A stretch of DNA of 64,000 nt from Octopus bimaculoides (Eukaryota): positions 162,608,778-162,672,777 of the forward strand of contig NC_068982.1 of the NCBI RefSeq assembly GCF_001194135.2, given 5' to 3'. Below, one piece after another: positions 25,016 to 38,261 of this stretch. The position numbers and the translations under genes were made by a program. The notes below the pieces were generated by a model. That model was not told the DNA's origin. It did not search any database and saw only the letters and a list, made by a program, of their open reading frames with translations. Numbering within the stretch: position 1 is the first letter of the stretch; each line of letters begins with the position of its first letter.

Positions 25016-26524
25016 CATCATCATTTCCACGATGGCTGAAATTAATGAGAACCGAAAGCTTCACACCCAATCCTTGCTAATGTTTAATATATTTTGGGGA
25101 GAAAATTATTGTATAATGTTGGGAATATCAGTAGTTCAGTAAAAAGGATTTAAGCAGTAATCAATATCTCTACAATAGTGGCACTGCCAGAATGTTTTGA
25201 CCAAGTGTTTCTTAAAATGATTTATTCCAGACACTACACCTAGAAAATGGTCAGTAAGTAAAACATCAATATTCTTGACCTCTGTCCAATAATAGAAGCA
25301 ATCATTATATTCTTGTTGAGAAAGAAAACTTTGCAGGAAATTACCTTCCTCAAGCTAATCATCAACTACACTATCATAATCAGTATCATTTCAAGATCTG
25401 ATTGTTCATGTTGTTATTGCTGGTGTCTAGACTTCGATCAGCACTGATCCAACAGACTTACGTTACAGCTGTGACCATCCCATCTTTTTAACAGACATAA
25501 TATATTTACAACTACAACATCTCATGTGTCCTTCTTTGTTTAAGATGGTGGGGCATGAGTTCAGAAGGGAAATCTGGTTGCTATTTTTAGTAGATTGAAT
25601 GACCACAGAGCAGTTTCCTCTTTTCCTACTAGTGTCAGCTGAATACATCTGTAATATCACACATTTTTATGCATCCCAATCTTGCATCTCATATGCATGG
25701 GTCAATGTTTTCAACTTTCAACCAACTACAGTTCCTCTAATCTATCTCTACAGAAAATAATTCTTTTCTAACCAACCTAAGCCTGCAGTCACAATGATTA
25801 CAGCTACCAACTTAATGCTACCTACATCATAAAAACCTTATTAGTCTACCTAATTTAGTCAGCACAGGAAAATTTACACTATGAATACTTCACAGTTGAA
25901 TAGTTGGCAATAGGCCATTGATCTATACAAATATTTTGGTGTATGTGTGCAAGTATGTGTGCATATAGGTGTGTATATATATATAAGAATATGTCAGTGC
26001 CTGTATGTAAGTATTTTATGTAAAAGTATATGTATGTGTGTAAATATAACCAAAAAACATGCTCCAGAATGTTGACCAAGGATGAGAAGTGTAATATTAG
26101 AATGGTCCAGTAATATTCAAAAAAGACAACTTAATTGTAAATTCAATGTTTGCAATTACATGAATCTATATGAAATGTTAAGAAGAGGAAACCAGTCCAT
26201 TGTTAGTAACTTTTCTCATTATAGGAATTGAACTCAGTACACAAAGTCAACAAAGCACACTTTAGTACTATAGAGTTGCCACTACATCCAGCAGTGTATT
26301 ATGCTACACAAAATACATCCAGATAAGTGGACTCAACCATTAAAATATACTGCCTGCACCATGGACAAAACACACCCATTGTTAGGAATATACACTGCTG
26401 CCTTTATGATTGCATCTTATTAAATTATACTTAACCAATGTTTATAGATATATAGTATTAATAGTTAGGGGGTGCCAGCATAGAAGGCAGACGTTAAATG
26501 ATGATGATGATGATAATGATGATG

Positions 26525-26654
26525 GGAAACCTTTTTCAGTTTCCATCTACCAAATCCATTCAAAAGACTTTGGTTGGGCCATGGCTATAGTGGAAGACTC
26601 TTGCCCATAGTGCCATGCAATGGGGCTAAATCTGAAAATAAAAGGCTGGAAAGC
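26525..26654 (-). mobile_element. SINE family A partial, ending at a gap
   Basis: cagtttccatctaccaaatcc...ggctatagtggaagactcttgccc. Confidence 0.7.
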
Positions 26655-26974
26655 NNNNNNNNNNNNNNNNNNNNNNNNNNNNNNNNNNNNNNNNNNNNNN
26701 NNNNNNNNNNNNNNNNNNNNNNNNNNNNNNNNNNNNNNNNNNNNNNNNNNNNNNNNNNNNNNNNNNNNNNNNNNNNNNNNNNNNNNNNNNNNNNNNNNNN
26801 NNNNNNNNNNNNNNNNNNNNNNGTGTAACACATCCTACAGAATGATAGTTACTATGTACCAAATATATATATACTTTATTAGTGACATAAATATTGCCAT
26901 GCTATTTACATGTAAATGTGGATGTGTTTGTGCAGCATGCATTCTGTATATATACATTTGTCTTTTCTACTCTA

Positions 26975-27175
26975 GGCGCAAAGACTGAAATTTTGGGGGA
27001 GGGGGTCAGTCAATTAGATCAAGCCCACTATGCAACTAGTACTTAGTTCATTGGCCCCGAAAGGAAGAAAGGCAAAGTCAACCTCGGCGGAATTTGAACT
27101 CAGAACATAAAGACAGACGAAATACTGCTAAGCGTTTCGCCCAGTATGCTAACGTTTCTGCCAGCTCACTGCCTT
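26975..27175 (-). mobile_element. SINE family C
   Basis: Collinear with the other copies; retains CpGs (cctcggcggaatttgaactc). Confidence 0.82.
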
Positions 27176-27217
27176 TATATTAGTATTAGTATTGCATGTG
27201 TGTGTGTATATTATATA

Positions 27218-27720
27218 TCATCATCATCATCGTTTTAATGTCTGTTTTCCATGCTGGCATGGGTTAGATAGTTTGACAGGAGCTGGCTAGCCGGGGAGTT
27301 GTCCAGACTCCAAATTGTCTGTTGTGGCATGGGCTCTACAGCTGGATGCGCTTTCTAATGCCAGCCACTTTACAGAGTACGTTGGGTGCTTTTTATGTGC
27401 CACCAGCATAGGTACACCTACACAGCACTGACACAAGTGCCTTATACATGGCACCAGCACCTGTAAAGGACAAGTATGGATGATAGTGATTTTACTTGGC
27501 TTGATGCGTCTTCTCAAGTACAGCAAACTGCCAGAGCTCCCAGCCCCTTGTCATTTCCTCAGTGAGGCCCATATACATATATAACCATTAATCACTATCT
27601 GTATTCTAAGCTGGCATGGGTTGGATAGTTTAACAGGATCTGACAAATCAGAGGACTGTGTTGAGCTCCAATGTTTGTTTTAGTCTGGTTTTTACTGCTA
27701 GATGCCCTTCTTAACACCAT
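27218..27720 (-). mobile_element. Two adjacent family B copies (27218-27530 and about 27600-27720)
   Basis: ttttccatgctggcatgggttagatagtttgacagg... occurs twice in the same orientation. Confidence 0.72.
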
Positions 27721-29299
27721 ATAAACTAAACTCTGAAGTTCTCTAGAAATGTAGATCTTAATATAACTGTGTAAGTGTCATCATCTTCAACAACCAGACA
27801 TCTGTAGTAATATTACCTGTTTATTTTAAAACAATAAATTTTCTTGTTAATTTTGTCCTGAACTTCTAGAACATAGTTGGTTAAAGTCTCCCCATTCTCT
27901 TTTCTGCATTGGTTAAATGATTCTCCCCATTCTCTTATCTACAATTTAGGATATCTAAGTTTATTGTGAAACATATGAAAATTAGACAAATGGAGCTAGT
28001 GACCAAGACCAAAAGGGGATGCATGAAAGAGCTGGACATGATTAAATAGAAATATTGAAGATATCTAATTGAACAATGTTCACTTTAAATGAAATATTCA
28101 ATAGGTTCACAGACTATATGAAGTCAAAGATGTACAGGTGTGACAGCCAAAGTTTTACAAATGTAACATGAATGTATAGATTTTACATAGGAAAATGTCA
28201 AAGTAGCAATTAAAGATATTTTAATGTGATCAGTAAAGGTGTACAGATGTGAGGAACAAAGATGTAAAATGTGAAAGTTAGAACTGTACAGATGTAGGCG
28301 TTTTAAAAATTATATAGATATATCAATAAAGCTATACAGATGTGATGCATAAAGATATACAGAAATAACAAGAGAGCTGTAAAACATGAAAGGATAATAT
28401 GTAAATATGTGATGCACAAAGAATTACAACTAAAGATGTACAGTTGTGACAGTTAAATGTGGACATATATTTTCTACCTAAGAACCATAAAAAAAGACAA
28501 TTAACATTTAAGCATCACCAAATAAATTGCTGGAAGTTCTCAATGCTAACGAATAAAAGAGTCACATAAAGCAACTAATATCAGAATCTACTAGTATGGT
28601 TAATAAGTAGAAAAATTATGTCTGTCAATGAAAATCAAGATGGTTGTCAATATATCTACAGTGAAACAGAAAACTATCACAAAGCAGCAACTAAACTGTT
28701 TCAGTGAAAATAACAATAACGACAACAGTGGTAACTAAAACCAATTTTATAATAAAAATGTTTTTAAACTACACACTGATGAAAGCAGTTACAGCTCCCT
28801 TACAACAGTTCTTAATGGGTTAACATATGTCAAAATTTGTTTTTTTGTGATATCACCAGATACACACAATAGGTATCATCTCCACAAAGAATTATTAAAG
28901 TAACAATTTCTCAGTAAAAATGTAATTATAGCTTCAGTATTAATAATGAAGAATAAAGTTGTTTCGTTTGATGTCTAACTTAAATAAGTCATAAAGGACT
29001 GAGAAACTTAAGTTGTATATAACTACATCTCTAAGTGTAGTTGCTATGCTCCACATAATATTGAAGTGTCCTAAACTACCTGCTGTATCCCGAACTCTAC
29101 TTATGTCCTAAACTATACTAGCTGCTAACCTAAACTCTATATTTTATGTCCTCAATTCTACTAGCTGTAACCTAAACTTTATTTGGAATGTCCTTAAACA
29201 CTACTGTGTCTTAAAATCTTGCTTACAATTATATAGCCTTGTGTTAATGATGTGCAATTAGGAAAACACTCATCAGAGTGAATATAGTATAATAACCCT

Positions 29300-29456
29300 T
29301 ATCATCATCATCATCGCTTAACGTCCATTTTCCATGCTGGCATGGGTTGGACGGTTTGACTGGGGTCTGGAAAGCCAGGGGGCTGCACCAGGGTCCAATC
29401 TGATCTGGCAATGTTTCTACAGATAGATGCCCTTCCTAAAGCCAACCACTTCAAGA
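29300..29456 (-). mobile_element. Family B copy
   Basis: (CAT)n cgcttaacgtccattttccatgctggcatgggttggacgg...gatgcccttcctaaagccaaccac. Confidence 0.8.
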
Positions 29457-29460
29457 GTGC

Positions 29461-29497
<37 letters not shown>

Positions 29498-29510
29498 TAT
29501 ATATGTATAG

Positions 29511-29925
29511 AGGTGCAGACGTGGAAGTGTGGTAAGATGCTTGCTTCCCAACTACATGGTTCTAGGTTCAGTCCTGCTGTGTGGCACCTTGGGCAAGTAT
29601 CTTCTACTATAGCCTTGGGCTGACCAAAGCCTTGTGAGTGGATTTGACAGAGAGAAAGTGAAAGAAGCCCATTCTGTATGTGTGTGTATGTGTGTGTGTG
29701 TGTGTATTTATGTGTATGTGTTTGTGTCCCCACCCCCACATTGCTTGACAACCGATGTTGGTGTGCTTATGTCCCCATAACTTAGTGGTTCAGCAGAAGA
29801 GACCAACAGAATAAGCACCAGGTTTACAAAGAATAAGTCCAGGGGACGATTTCTTTGACCAAAAAAACAGTGCTCCAGCATGGCCACAGTCAAATGACTG
29901 AAACAAGTAAAAGAATAAAAGAAAA
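29511..29925 (+). mobile_element. SINE family A, full length
   Basis: Head, internal (TG)n and tail collinear with 41975-42927. Confidence 0.85.
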
Positions 29926-29926
29926 A

Positions 29927-29959
<33 letters not shown>

Positions 29960-29991
29960 TACACATTATATACACACATACACACACACAT

Positions 29992-30320
29992 GTGTGAAGG
30001 CATGTGGCTTTGTGGTTAGGGTATTCAGCTCACAGTCATGAAGTGATGAATTCAATTCCATTGCAGCACATTGTGTCCTTGAGCAAGACACTTCATTTCA
30101 TGTTGCTCCAGTTCACTCAGCTGGCAAAAATAAGTTGTACCTGTAATTCAAAGAGCCAGCCTTGCCACATTCTGTGTCAGGCTGAATCTCCCTGAGAAAC
30201 TACATTAATGATATACACATCTGTGGAGTGCTCAGCCACTTGCACGTTAATTTGATGAGCAGACTGTTCCGTTGATCAGATCAACTGGGACCCTTATCAC
30301 TGTAACCGATAGAGAGCCAG
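29992..30320 (+). mobile_element. tRNA-derived SINE (alternative head, tail type 2)
   Basis: Head gaaggcatgtggctttgtggttaggg...ttgtgtccttgagcaagacactt. The 3' half matches the tail of 31524-31907 in inverted orientation. Confidence 0.8.
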
Positions 30321-31523
30321 TTATATATACACACACATACAAACATGCAATATCATAAAGACCTAATTATGAAGATGTGTAGAAAATTAATATTTAATGT
30401 TCTTCAGCTAGTCTAAGCCATCATGACCAAAGCCATGCTAAAGTAATGCCTTTCTGAATGAATTCAGATTTTATTTCTTCTAAGTAATACATAAAATAGT
30501 ATTGGACAATGAATACTTGTTTTTGCATGTTCTAAACAGAATGCTGTACAAATTTGTTAAATGAATAGAAAAGTGAATAAAAATAGAGAGCTTAGAGGGA
30601 ATTGAACCTCTATTTCTATTGATGATACTTTAGTATATTTACAACTGCAACAGAATCCCTTTGATAATATCCACTTCCAGATTCAGCATTTAAACCTAAA
30701 CAGTCACTTTAAAAGTCAGTTATGAATCCTGATGTTATTTGGATAAGATCAGGAAATCAACTATGAAATCTTACTTCTTTATTACTCTGACAATTAAAGT
30801 AGTGACCTTTGCCATTGTAAGTACTGACTTTCGAAACAAAGTACTGACCTTTCATAGTGAAAGTAATGTCACTTTCACTGATTTATTTATTCAAGTACAA
30901 TTTGTAGTATTGACTAAAACGTTGGCTATTTCTTTATAGTGATGGCTCAATAAAAATTGGATTCTAAATGTGTTAGATTGTTTTAAATAATCTCTAGTAG
31001 ATATGAAGTGAACAAAAGTGTGAACCCAGTAGGAAGTGAAACTGCCTTTTTGATGCTTCAGTGTAATTACATCCTATTCTACAATACAATGTGTTTCATC
31101 AAAATGTAAATCACAAATTAAGTTTATGTATTTGCTTTGCAAGATTCTTGATATGAAATCATGTGTTGAAACAGATATTGTTATACTTGGAGATGGTCAT
31201 CATTTACCAATTAAATACACACACTATTTATTTGATTTTCACTTTAACTTTATTATTATTATTATTATTAGTCTATTTGTCAAAGTTCTCTTGTCACACA
31301 TACTGTGACCTCTTCAGCAACTTTTTGTCCCACATGTCTCCTCTTGTCCAGCCTATTCCAATGGAATAGGCAGGACAAGAGGAGGTACGTGAGACTAAAA
31401 ATCATAATAATAAAGCTAAATTGAAGATCAAATAAATAGTGAGCATATTTAATCAGAAAAAGATGACCATCCCCAAATAAATCACATATTAGCAGTTCAA
31501 TCCTAGTTTAACTGTCACTATTT

Positions 31524-31907
31524 TTTGTTGGCACTCCGTCGGTTACGACGACGAGGGTTCCAGTTGATCCGACCAACAGAACAGCCTGCTCGTGAAATTA
31601 ACATGCAAGTGGCTGAGCACTCCACAGATGTGTGTATCATTAATGTAGTTTCTCAGGGAGATTCAGCGTGACACAGAGTGTGACAAGGCTGGCCTTTGAA
31701 ATACAGGTACAACAGAAACAGGAAGAAAGAATGAGAGAAAGTTGTGGTGAAAGAGTACAGCAGGGTTTGCCACCACCCCCTGCCGGAGCCTCGTGGAACT
31801 TTAGGTGTTTTCGCTCAATAAACACTCACAACGCCCGGTCTGGGATTCGAAACCACAATCCTAGACCGTGAGTCCGCTGCCCTAACCACTAGGCCATTGC
31901 GCCTCCA
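31524..31907 (-). mobile_element. tRNA-derived SINE (family D head, tail type 2), relatively young
   Basis: Same head and 5' body as 7600-7810 but a different 3' part (gctgaatctccctgagaaac...gtaaccgacggagtgcc). CpGs are retained. Confidence 0.85.
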
Positions 31908-32822
31908 CTACTGTCACTATAATGAAATAATATCTAACATTTCAGCCATAGGTACTACAAGCTTGTAAAAATTATAAATTTGGATTACTTAAAAAAATGA
32001 TTGAACTTATTAGTGAAAGATCATTCTTTTCAATGCCAAAGATCACAACTTTTGGAATCAAAGGTTGCTACTATCAGCTTCAGAGTAAAAAAGGAAAGAT
32101 TCCCTTTATCAAATCTCAATCTCAGCCAAACATTATGGAAAAAAATAGAAACAAAATAAAAAGACACAAACAAAAAATAATTTATGTTAGAATTTAATAA
32201 CTATTTCTGGGCTGTGCTAAAATATGAAAGTGGTTATTGGAAGCAGGATTATGCTATAGTAGTAGTTACACTGAGATTGCAAACAAAAGAGACACAAGTT
32301 CATTTCCCACTGGTTTCTCATCTTTTTATTCACTTCTACCAAGGTTTTATGAATTTATACAACAATGCTTTTCGATAATGGAAACACATAATCTGGATTA
32401 TCCCTAATTCCAATATGAAATACTCAATGGACATGTGTTATGAAATTGGTACAAAAAAAAAAAAGTGCAGTTAAAGGGATATAGATGAGAGGGGAGTATA
32501 TGAACAGCTTGGCAGAGGAAATGAATGAGGTTTCAGAGTAGAATCAAAGCTTAGAAAAGCATAGCCAAAGAAAGTGGCCATCACAGCAGAGGTGCAACTA
32601 CAAAACTGTGCAGAGTCTCACCCATATAGTTCCAGTTGTGTTCCCAGGGATGTTTTAGTATATGTTCTGATTCTGAAAACAAACAGTTTTGGTACAGATA
32701 AAATAAATGAAGAAATACAAACAAGCTAAAAGAGTAATAGTAAGCTCTCATTCCCTTATTATTTTAATTGCTATTATTGATATCTTAAGAATTAATATAA
32801 CTTTCATTACTATTATGATGAT

Positions 32823-32861
<39 letters not shown>

Positions 32862-33804
32862 AGAAATAGAGTGGCAGAAACAATAGAGCACTTGACTAAA
32901 TGTCTTGCAATGTTTAATTATATTAATTTACATGCTCTGATTTCAAACCCCATAAACACACGCACACACACACAAATATATTTTATACACCTATTAAATA
33001 CAATTCATTAAGTAAACAGCTATATTGATTTCTTACAATGGCACAAAGCTAGAATTTATATGAGAGAGATCCCAGTATGTCATGGATACTTATTTTATTG
33101 ATCCTTAAATGACAAAAGACAAAGTTGATTGTGACAAGAACTCTAGTAATTCTCAAATGCATACATATCTAGGACAGTGCAACTTGCTATTAGACAAGTA
33201 CACACATCATAGGCCACATTGAAAAGCAGGCTATTCAACTGATTGGAAAAGATTCACTACCAATACACAAAAGCTACTAGCACATTGATGTATTATTATA
33301 TCTATCTCTCGGCTGTTACTACCAGAAGTACTTCCACTCATATGAATAAGCAAATTGTACATCACCTAGTATAACTACCAACTAAGCTCAGCTGATACAC
33401 CAGACTCCTCCTTATCATTCCTATTATATGTCAACCTCCCAAAACCCTGCACTAAATGTTTACATTAATCCTTATTCCCTAGAACTGCAGTTCTCTATAA
33501 CTCACTTCTTATATTCATCAACCTAGAAAACTGAGCATTAACCACATCATTCTCACAGTTAGTGAGGGCTTGCATGAAAACCAATTATTTAAACAAAGAT
33601 ATATAAATAAATACTTTAAGTCATTTACTCCCACACTCTACCATTTCTGCCATTCTACATATTGAACAGAACTAATATTAATGCTATAAATTGGTCGCTA
33701 GTCTCCAATATGTTGCTATCCAATAAATCAACTTTATCTCATTGCAACAATGGTACAATTTAAAACCTAGATGACATGTTATTATACTCTATCTTACTAT
33801 GATC

Positions 33805-33950
33805 TGTGAAGGCACATGGCCTGGTGGTTAGGGGGCTAGGCTCGTGATCAAAGACTGTCAGTTCAATTCTTGAACCAAGCAGCATATTGTGCCTTTGAGC
33901 AAACACTTCAATTCATGCTGCTCAAGTCCACTCAACTGTAAATGAGTACC
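33805..33950 (+). mobile_element. SINE head fragment related to 29992-30320
   Basis: gaaggcacatggcctggtggttaggg...attgtgcctttgagcaaaacactt. Confidence 0.65.
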
Positions 33951-36260
33951 AGCTGAGTGCTGGTGCAGCCCTCTCTCCCTCTAGCTGTCATACCCTGCAT
34001 GTGCAGCTGAATGGGGAGGGGGATGAGCTGGGAGAGTGTCTATGTATACTCATGACTACATAGGCAACTAAAAGAATTAGAAAAACATAATGCTAAACCA
34101 TATTCACACATGAGTGATGGCTGGCTGTTCTATGCTCACCATTACAATATACAATACAATATCTACAATATACAGAGGACAAAATTACAATGATCATTTT
34201 TTCATCATGGTAAAGAAACCAAGTATGATATTATATAAACCTAATATATATCACTAGACTGACATGACAACCAAGTACCTTCAATATCATTTTTTCCTTG
34301 AACAGTATTTTTTTTTTTTTGTCACCTATATAAGTACCCAGGTGGTGCTATTAAGTTAGACATGACCTGCACCAATTCTAGCAAAAACTTATTTACGTAT
34401 ATACCCCTCATCTACATGAAGATATAATGAGACTTTTAAAGCATCTTGATTAGTTGTCTAGTATCAATGATTTAGTATGAATATGTTAAATTGAAATATT
34501 TAAGAGCTTAGTTAATCTCCATTAATGTATTAAGCAAAATCAGTGGTCAATAAAGCATAACCTAGCCACTACTTTTCTATTCGTTATTGTTAGTGAACTA
34601 AGCCATAAAAGAAGATTATTAACCTTAAATATAGCATAGGGAAGTCAGTGCACTTAATTTCAAAGAAAAAAATCTGTTAAGTGAGAAGCATAAGATTAGT
34701 AAGCTGAAAAGCTTGGCAACAAAAAAACATGTTTGTATAATAATGTGTTAAGTGTCCAAACACAAAACACACCAAATAACAGCGTTTGTAATGTGTTAAA
34801 CATAGTAGTAACAAAATAACACATCTATTAACACTGTGTTTACAATGTGATATGCAAAGTAATAACACAAAAACACATTTCATAATGTTGCAGTGTCTGT
34901 GAGTGCTTTTTATAAGGGATCTTATAAATTAGGCCAGGATGAAATTAATAGAATGTCTATTTTGGGAGTGTCATAGAATGTCTGTTTTGGGAGTGTCTCA
35001 CCTTAGAAAATAGGTTATTGATTCTTACTTCTCACAACAATTGTATTGTCCACCCTATCCCCCATCTTCCACCTTTCCTTCAATCAAGGCACATGCCTGC
35101 CCCCTTCAGCTCCAGTTTGCTTGATTGAACAACCAAGTTCTACCTGCTAATTCAGTTGAGTAGTTAGCAGTAGGGATGACATATAGCTGTAAAAACAACT
35201 GGCTGAACAGCTAAAACCAATGGATTGAAGATAGTAAAGTTAATTAATTAATTTGCATTAATTGATTAACTTAAGAAAAAAACATACAAATTCTATACTT
35301 CAGATAAATATGTCAGGGGATCAGATACTACGATTAATTGTTGCAGTTTTATAGATTTAAAGGAAGCTAAACTAAAGAAGACCAGTAAAATGGATGTGAT
35401 GCAGAGTCTTAAAGCTTACCTCAGGGGCCAAGTCAAGTTTGTCAATAAACCGTGTTTATAATTGGTTTTAATAAAGTTGAAATTAACAAAGTCAATTTTT
35501 CAATTAATTGCGATTATTATACATAGAACAGTTCAATCTATGAAAGTAGGACATACTAGGTAAAATAAGCCTAGATACACTATGTCAGAATAGAAGATAA
35601 GATGACCACAGTTAAAATACTTGTCTGCTCCATGAAGAATGACCTGGGGATGAAACAACAAAGCTTTTAATGATTTTTATCAGTACCAGCCCAGAGCTAT
35701 ATAACTAAACAAACTATTCTTATCTTAAACATTTTTCTTCCCAATTGGAACTATATTTATGTCACCTGAATATTTGTAAAGCATTTAGATCTGTTACAAG
35801 TTGAAGTCAATAAAATATAGTTAGCCAGTGTAGGAACAGTGAAGAGACATATTTCCGATGAGCTGAAAAAGAAAGGCAGTAGTTATATAAGACCTGATAT
35901 CAAAACAAAAATTTGAAAATATGGTGAACCAAACATCTGAAATAGCAGCCTTCAAATATCAATACAGAAATAATTTTATTAATGCTGAAATTACAAAAAA
36001 GTATTTGTTAATAAATATGCATGTATATGAATGATAAGTATTTGTTAACTATTATTCATAAATGTGAATGATAAAAACATAGACATCATGCTTAATGACA
36101 AATGAATTGAATACACAATGTCTAAATGCAATATATGTATATTCCATACAAATACAGGTCTGGTTATGCAGATAACTGTGTCACTGCATAGTTGACATTA
36201 GAAAATAGAATATGTAACAAAACAAAAAATCAAAAATGACATGAAAAAATTTATAATAAA

Positions 36261-36812
36261 CTAGCTGCATTACCTAGCTTACTGCTGTTCTTATTCAGAT
36301 TAATAAACAATAAATATGAAGATATATTTTTTTTCTCATAATTATTTCAAAATATCTATATCCTATTTTAAAATATCCAAATTGTAATGATAATAGAATT
36401 TAGGACTGAAAATCTGTCAATCGTTTGCACCAGGGTAAACAATATTATTCATTGTGCAATTTTTTGTTGGTGTCCAAATGAATAAATTGTTGCTGCTTCC
36501 AACTTGTAAGCAATCAACATAGCGTTGGGAGAAGCATATAGTAGAGAGATGAAGTCCAACTACTTTGAGGGATTGACCCTAAGATTTGTTAATTGAAATA
36601 CCAAAACTTAGTTTGACTGGAAACTGAAGTCTCTTAAATTCAAATGGAACATCTGTAGGTATGAGAGGAAATTTTGGAATAAAAACATTTTCTTCTTTGT
36701 GACTACCTGTTATGATTGGTGCCTATAGGACATGGTGCTTCATGGAAATAATAATTAGGTGAGTTCCATTACACAGGTGAGGCGAGCCATTTGAAAATGC
36801 ATAGGGAACAAA
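36261..36812 (-). mobile_element. Old Helitron 3' relic (PIF1 helicase C-terminus)
   Basis: Minus strand reads HLCNGTHL...EENVFIPKFPLIPTDVPFEFKRLQFPVKLSFGISINKS*GQSLKVVGL...NIVYP. A decayed 3' end ...ggtaatgcagCTAG|T lies at 36261-36264. Confidence 0.85.
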
Positions 36813-37401
36813 CAGACAGAGAGATAAAGAATTTTATAAAGAGAGAGATAAATGCTATCATAGTAAATAAATACTACTAATATTTGTATTGTGTGCAAGT
36901 TTCCCTAAAAGAATGTTTTTTTTTCTTTTCTCTTCATTTTTTTTTGGTGGGGGTGGTCTATTTATTTATTTTTTACTTCTGAGATGGTGATCGAGAACAG
37001 TAGTCCCTAAGTCTTTTTGCACCATAGACTACTTTCATGCAAGACAATTTTTCTATGGACCAGAGTATCAGTTGCATAACAAAACACAATAAAGTGCATA
37101 ATATACACTGCAAAAACACCCTTCAGACTGGCCTGATACCAAATGATCCACAGCCCAGTACTGGTCTAGAATGTATTTATAGTGGGACTATGCCTTAAAT
37201 AAGTGAACAAATAGCCCAATATAGACCAAAACTTTGAACCTTTCTAGAGTCAGTCATGTGAGAGGCTGAAATATTTTCTGGTATTAAGAAAAAAATTTTA
37301 ACTTTGATGCACTTTTGGCTGCAAAATCCTCAGAGATAGTTCTGGCATTTGTGTTCAATGTAATGGATTTAGCTGAGTAATTTTCATGAATAGTAATGTA
37401 T

Positions 37402-37790
37402 ACTCTCTTTTACTTGTTTCAGTCATTTGACTGCGTCCATGCTGGAGCACCGCCTTTAGTCGAGCAAATCGACCCCAGGACTTATTCTTTGTAAGCCTAG
37501 TACTTATTCTATCGGTCTCTTTTGCTGAACAGCTAAGTAATGGGAACATAAATAGACCAGCATCGGTTGTCAAGCAATGTTAGGGGGACAAACACAGACA
37601 TACAAACATACACATACGCACATATATGACGGGCTTCTTTCAGTTTCCATCTTCCAAATCCACTCACAAGGCTATGGTTGGCCCGAGGCTATAGTAGAAG
37701 ACACTTGCCCAAGATGCTACGCAGTGGGACTGAACCCAGAACCACGTGGTTGGTAAGCAAGCTACTTACCACACAGCCACTCCTGCGCCT
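37402..37790 (-). mobile_element. SINE family A, full length
   Basis: Reverse complement of both halves of the 41975-42927 copy. Confidence 0.88.
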
Positions 37791-38084
37791 ACAATGGATA
37801 AGTTTTCTGGAAATGTGTGATGTCTGTTTTAGTAGTAGTTTTAGTAGTGTTAATATATCTTGTTTGAATTTGAAAGTAGATTCATAAAGAGATAGGGTCT
37901 GCTTGGGTAGAACTGACATAACATAATATCTGCTTTGGCATGATTTGTACGACAGGATGCCACTCCTAATACCAACCACTTTACAAAGTGTACTGGGTGC
38001 TTTCCTTTTTGTGGAACCAGCATTAGAGGGGTCACCATGTGTCTCACAAGACTAAGTGGCCTAGAAGGGTTTACTCAAATTAAC

Positions 38085-38222
38085 CCTAGTACTTATTCTT
38101 CTTTTAAGCCTGGTGCTTACTCTATCAATATCTTCTGCCAAACCTCTAAGTTATGGGAATCTAAACAAATCAAACACTAATTGTCAAGTAGTGTTGGTTT
38201 GTGTTGTGGGGGACAAACACAA

Positions 38223-38225
<3 letters not shown>
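38085..38225 (-). mobile_element. SINE family A tail fragment adjoining the Penelope element
   Basis: cctagtacttattc...aagcctggtgcttactctatc...ggggacaaacac. Confidence 0.6.
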
Positions 38226-38260
<35 letters not shown>

Positions 38261-38261
38261 C

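Noticed and set aside
31830-31907. tRNA-like sequences (also at 7735-7810, 37720-37790 and 41975-42045)
   Set aside because: They are SINE heads followed by SINE bodies, not standalone tRNA genes.
35400-35480. Strong minus-strand donor GAG|GTAAGC at about 35419
   Set aside because: No convincing acceptor or homologous reading frame, and isolated donor matches are expected by chance in a 32-kb intron.
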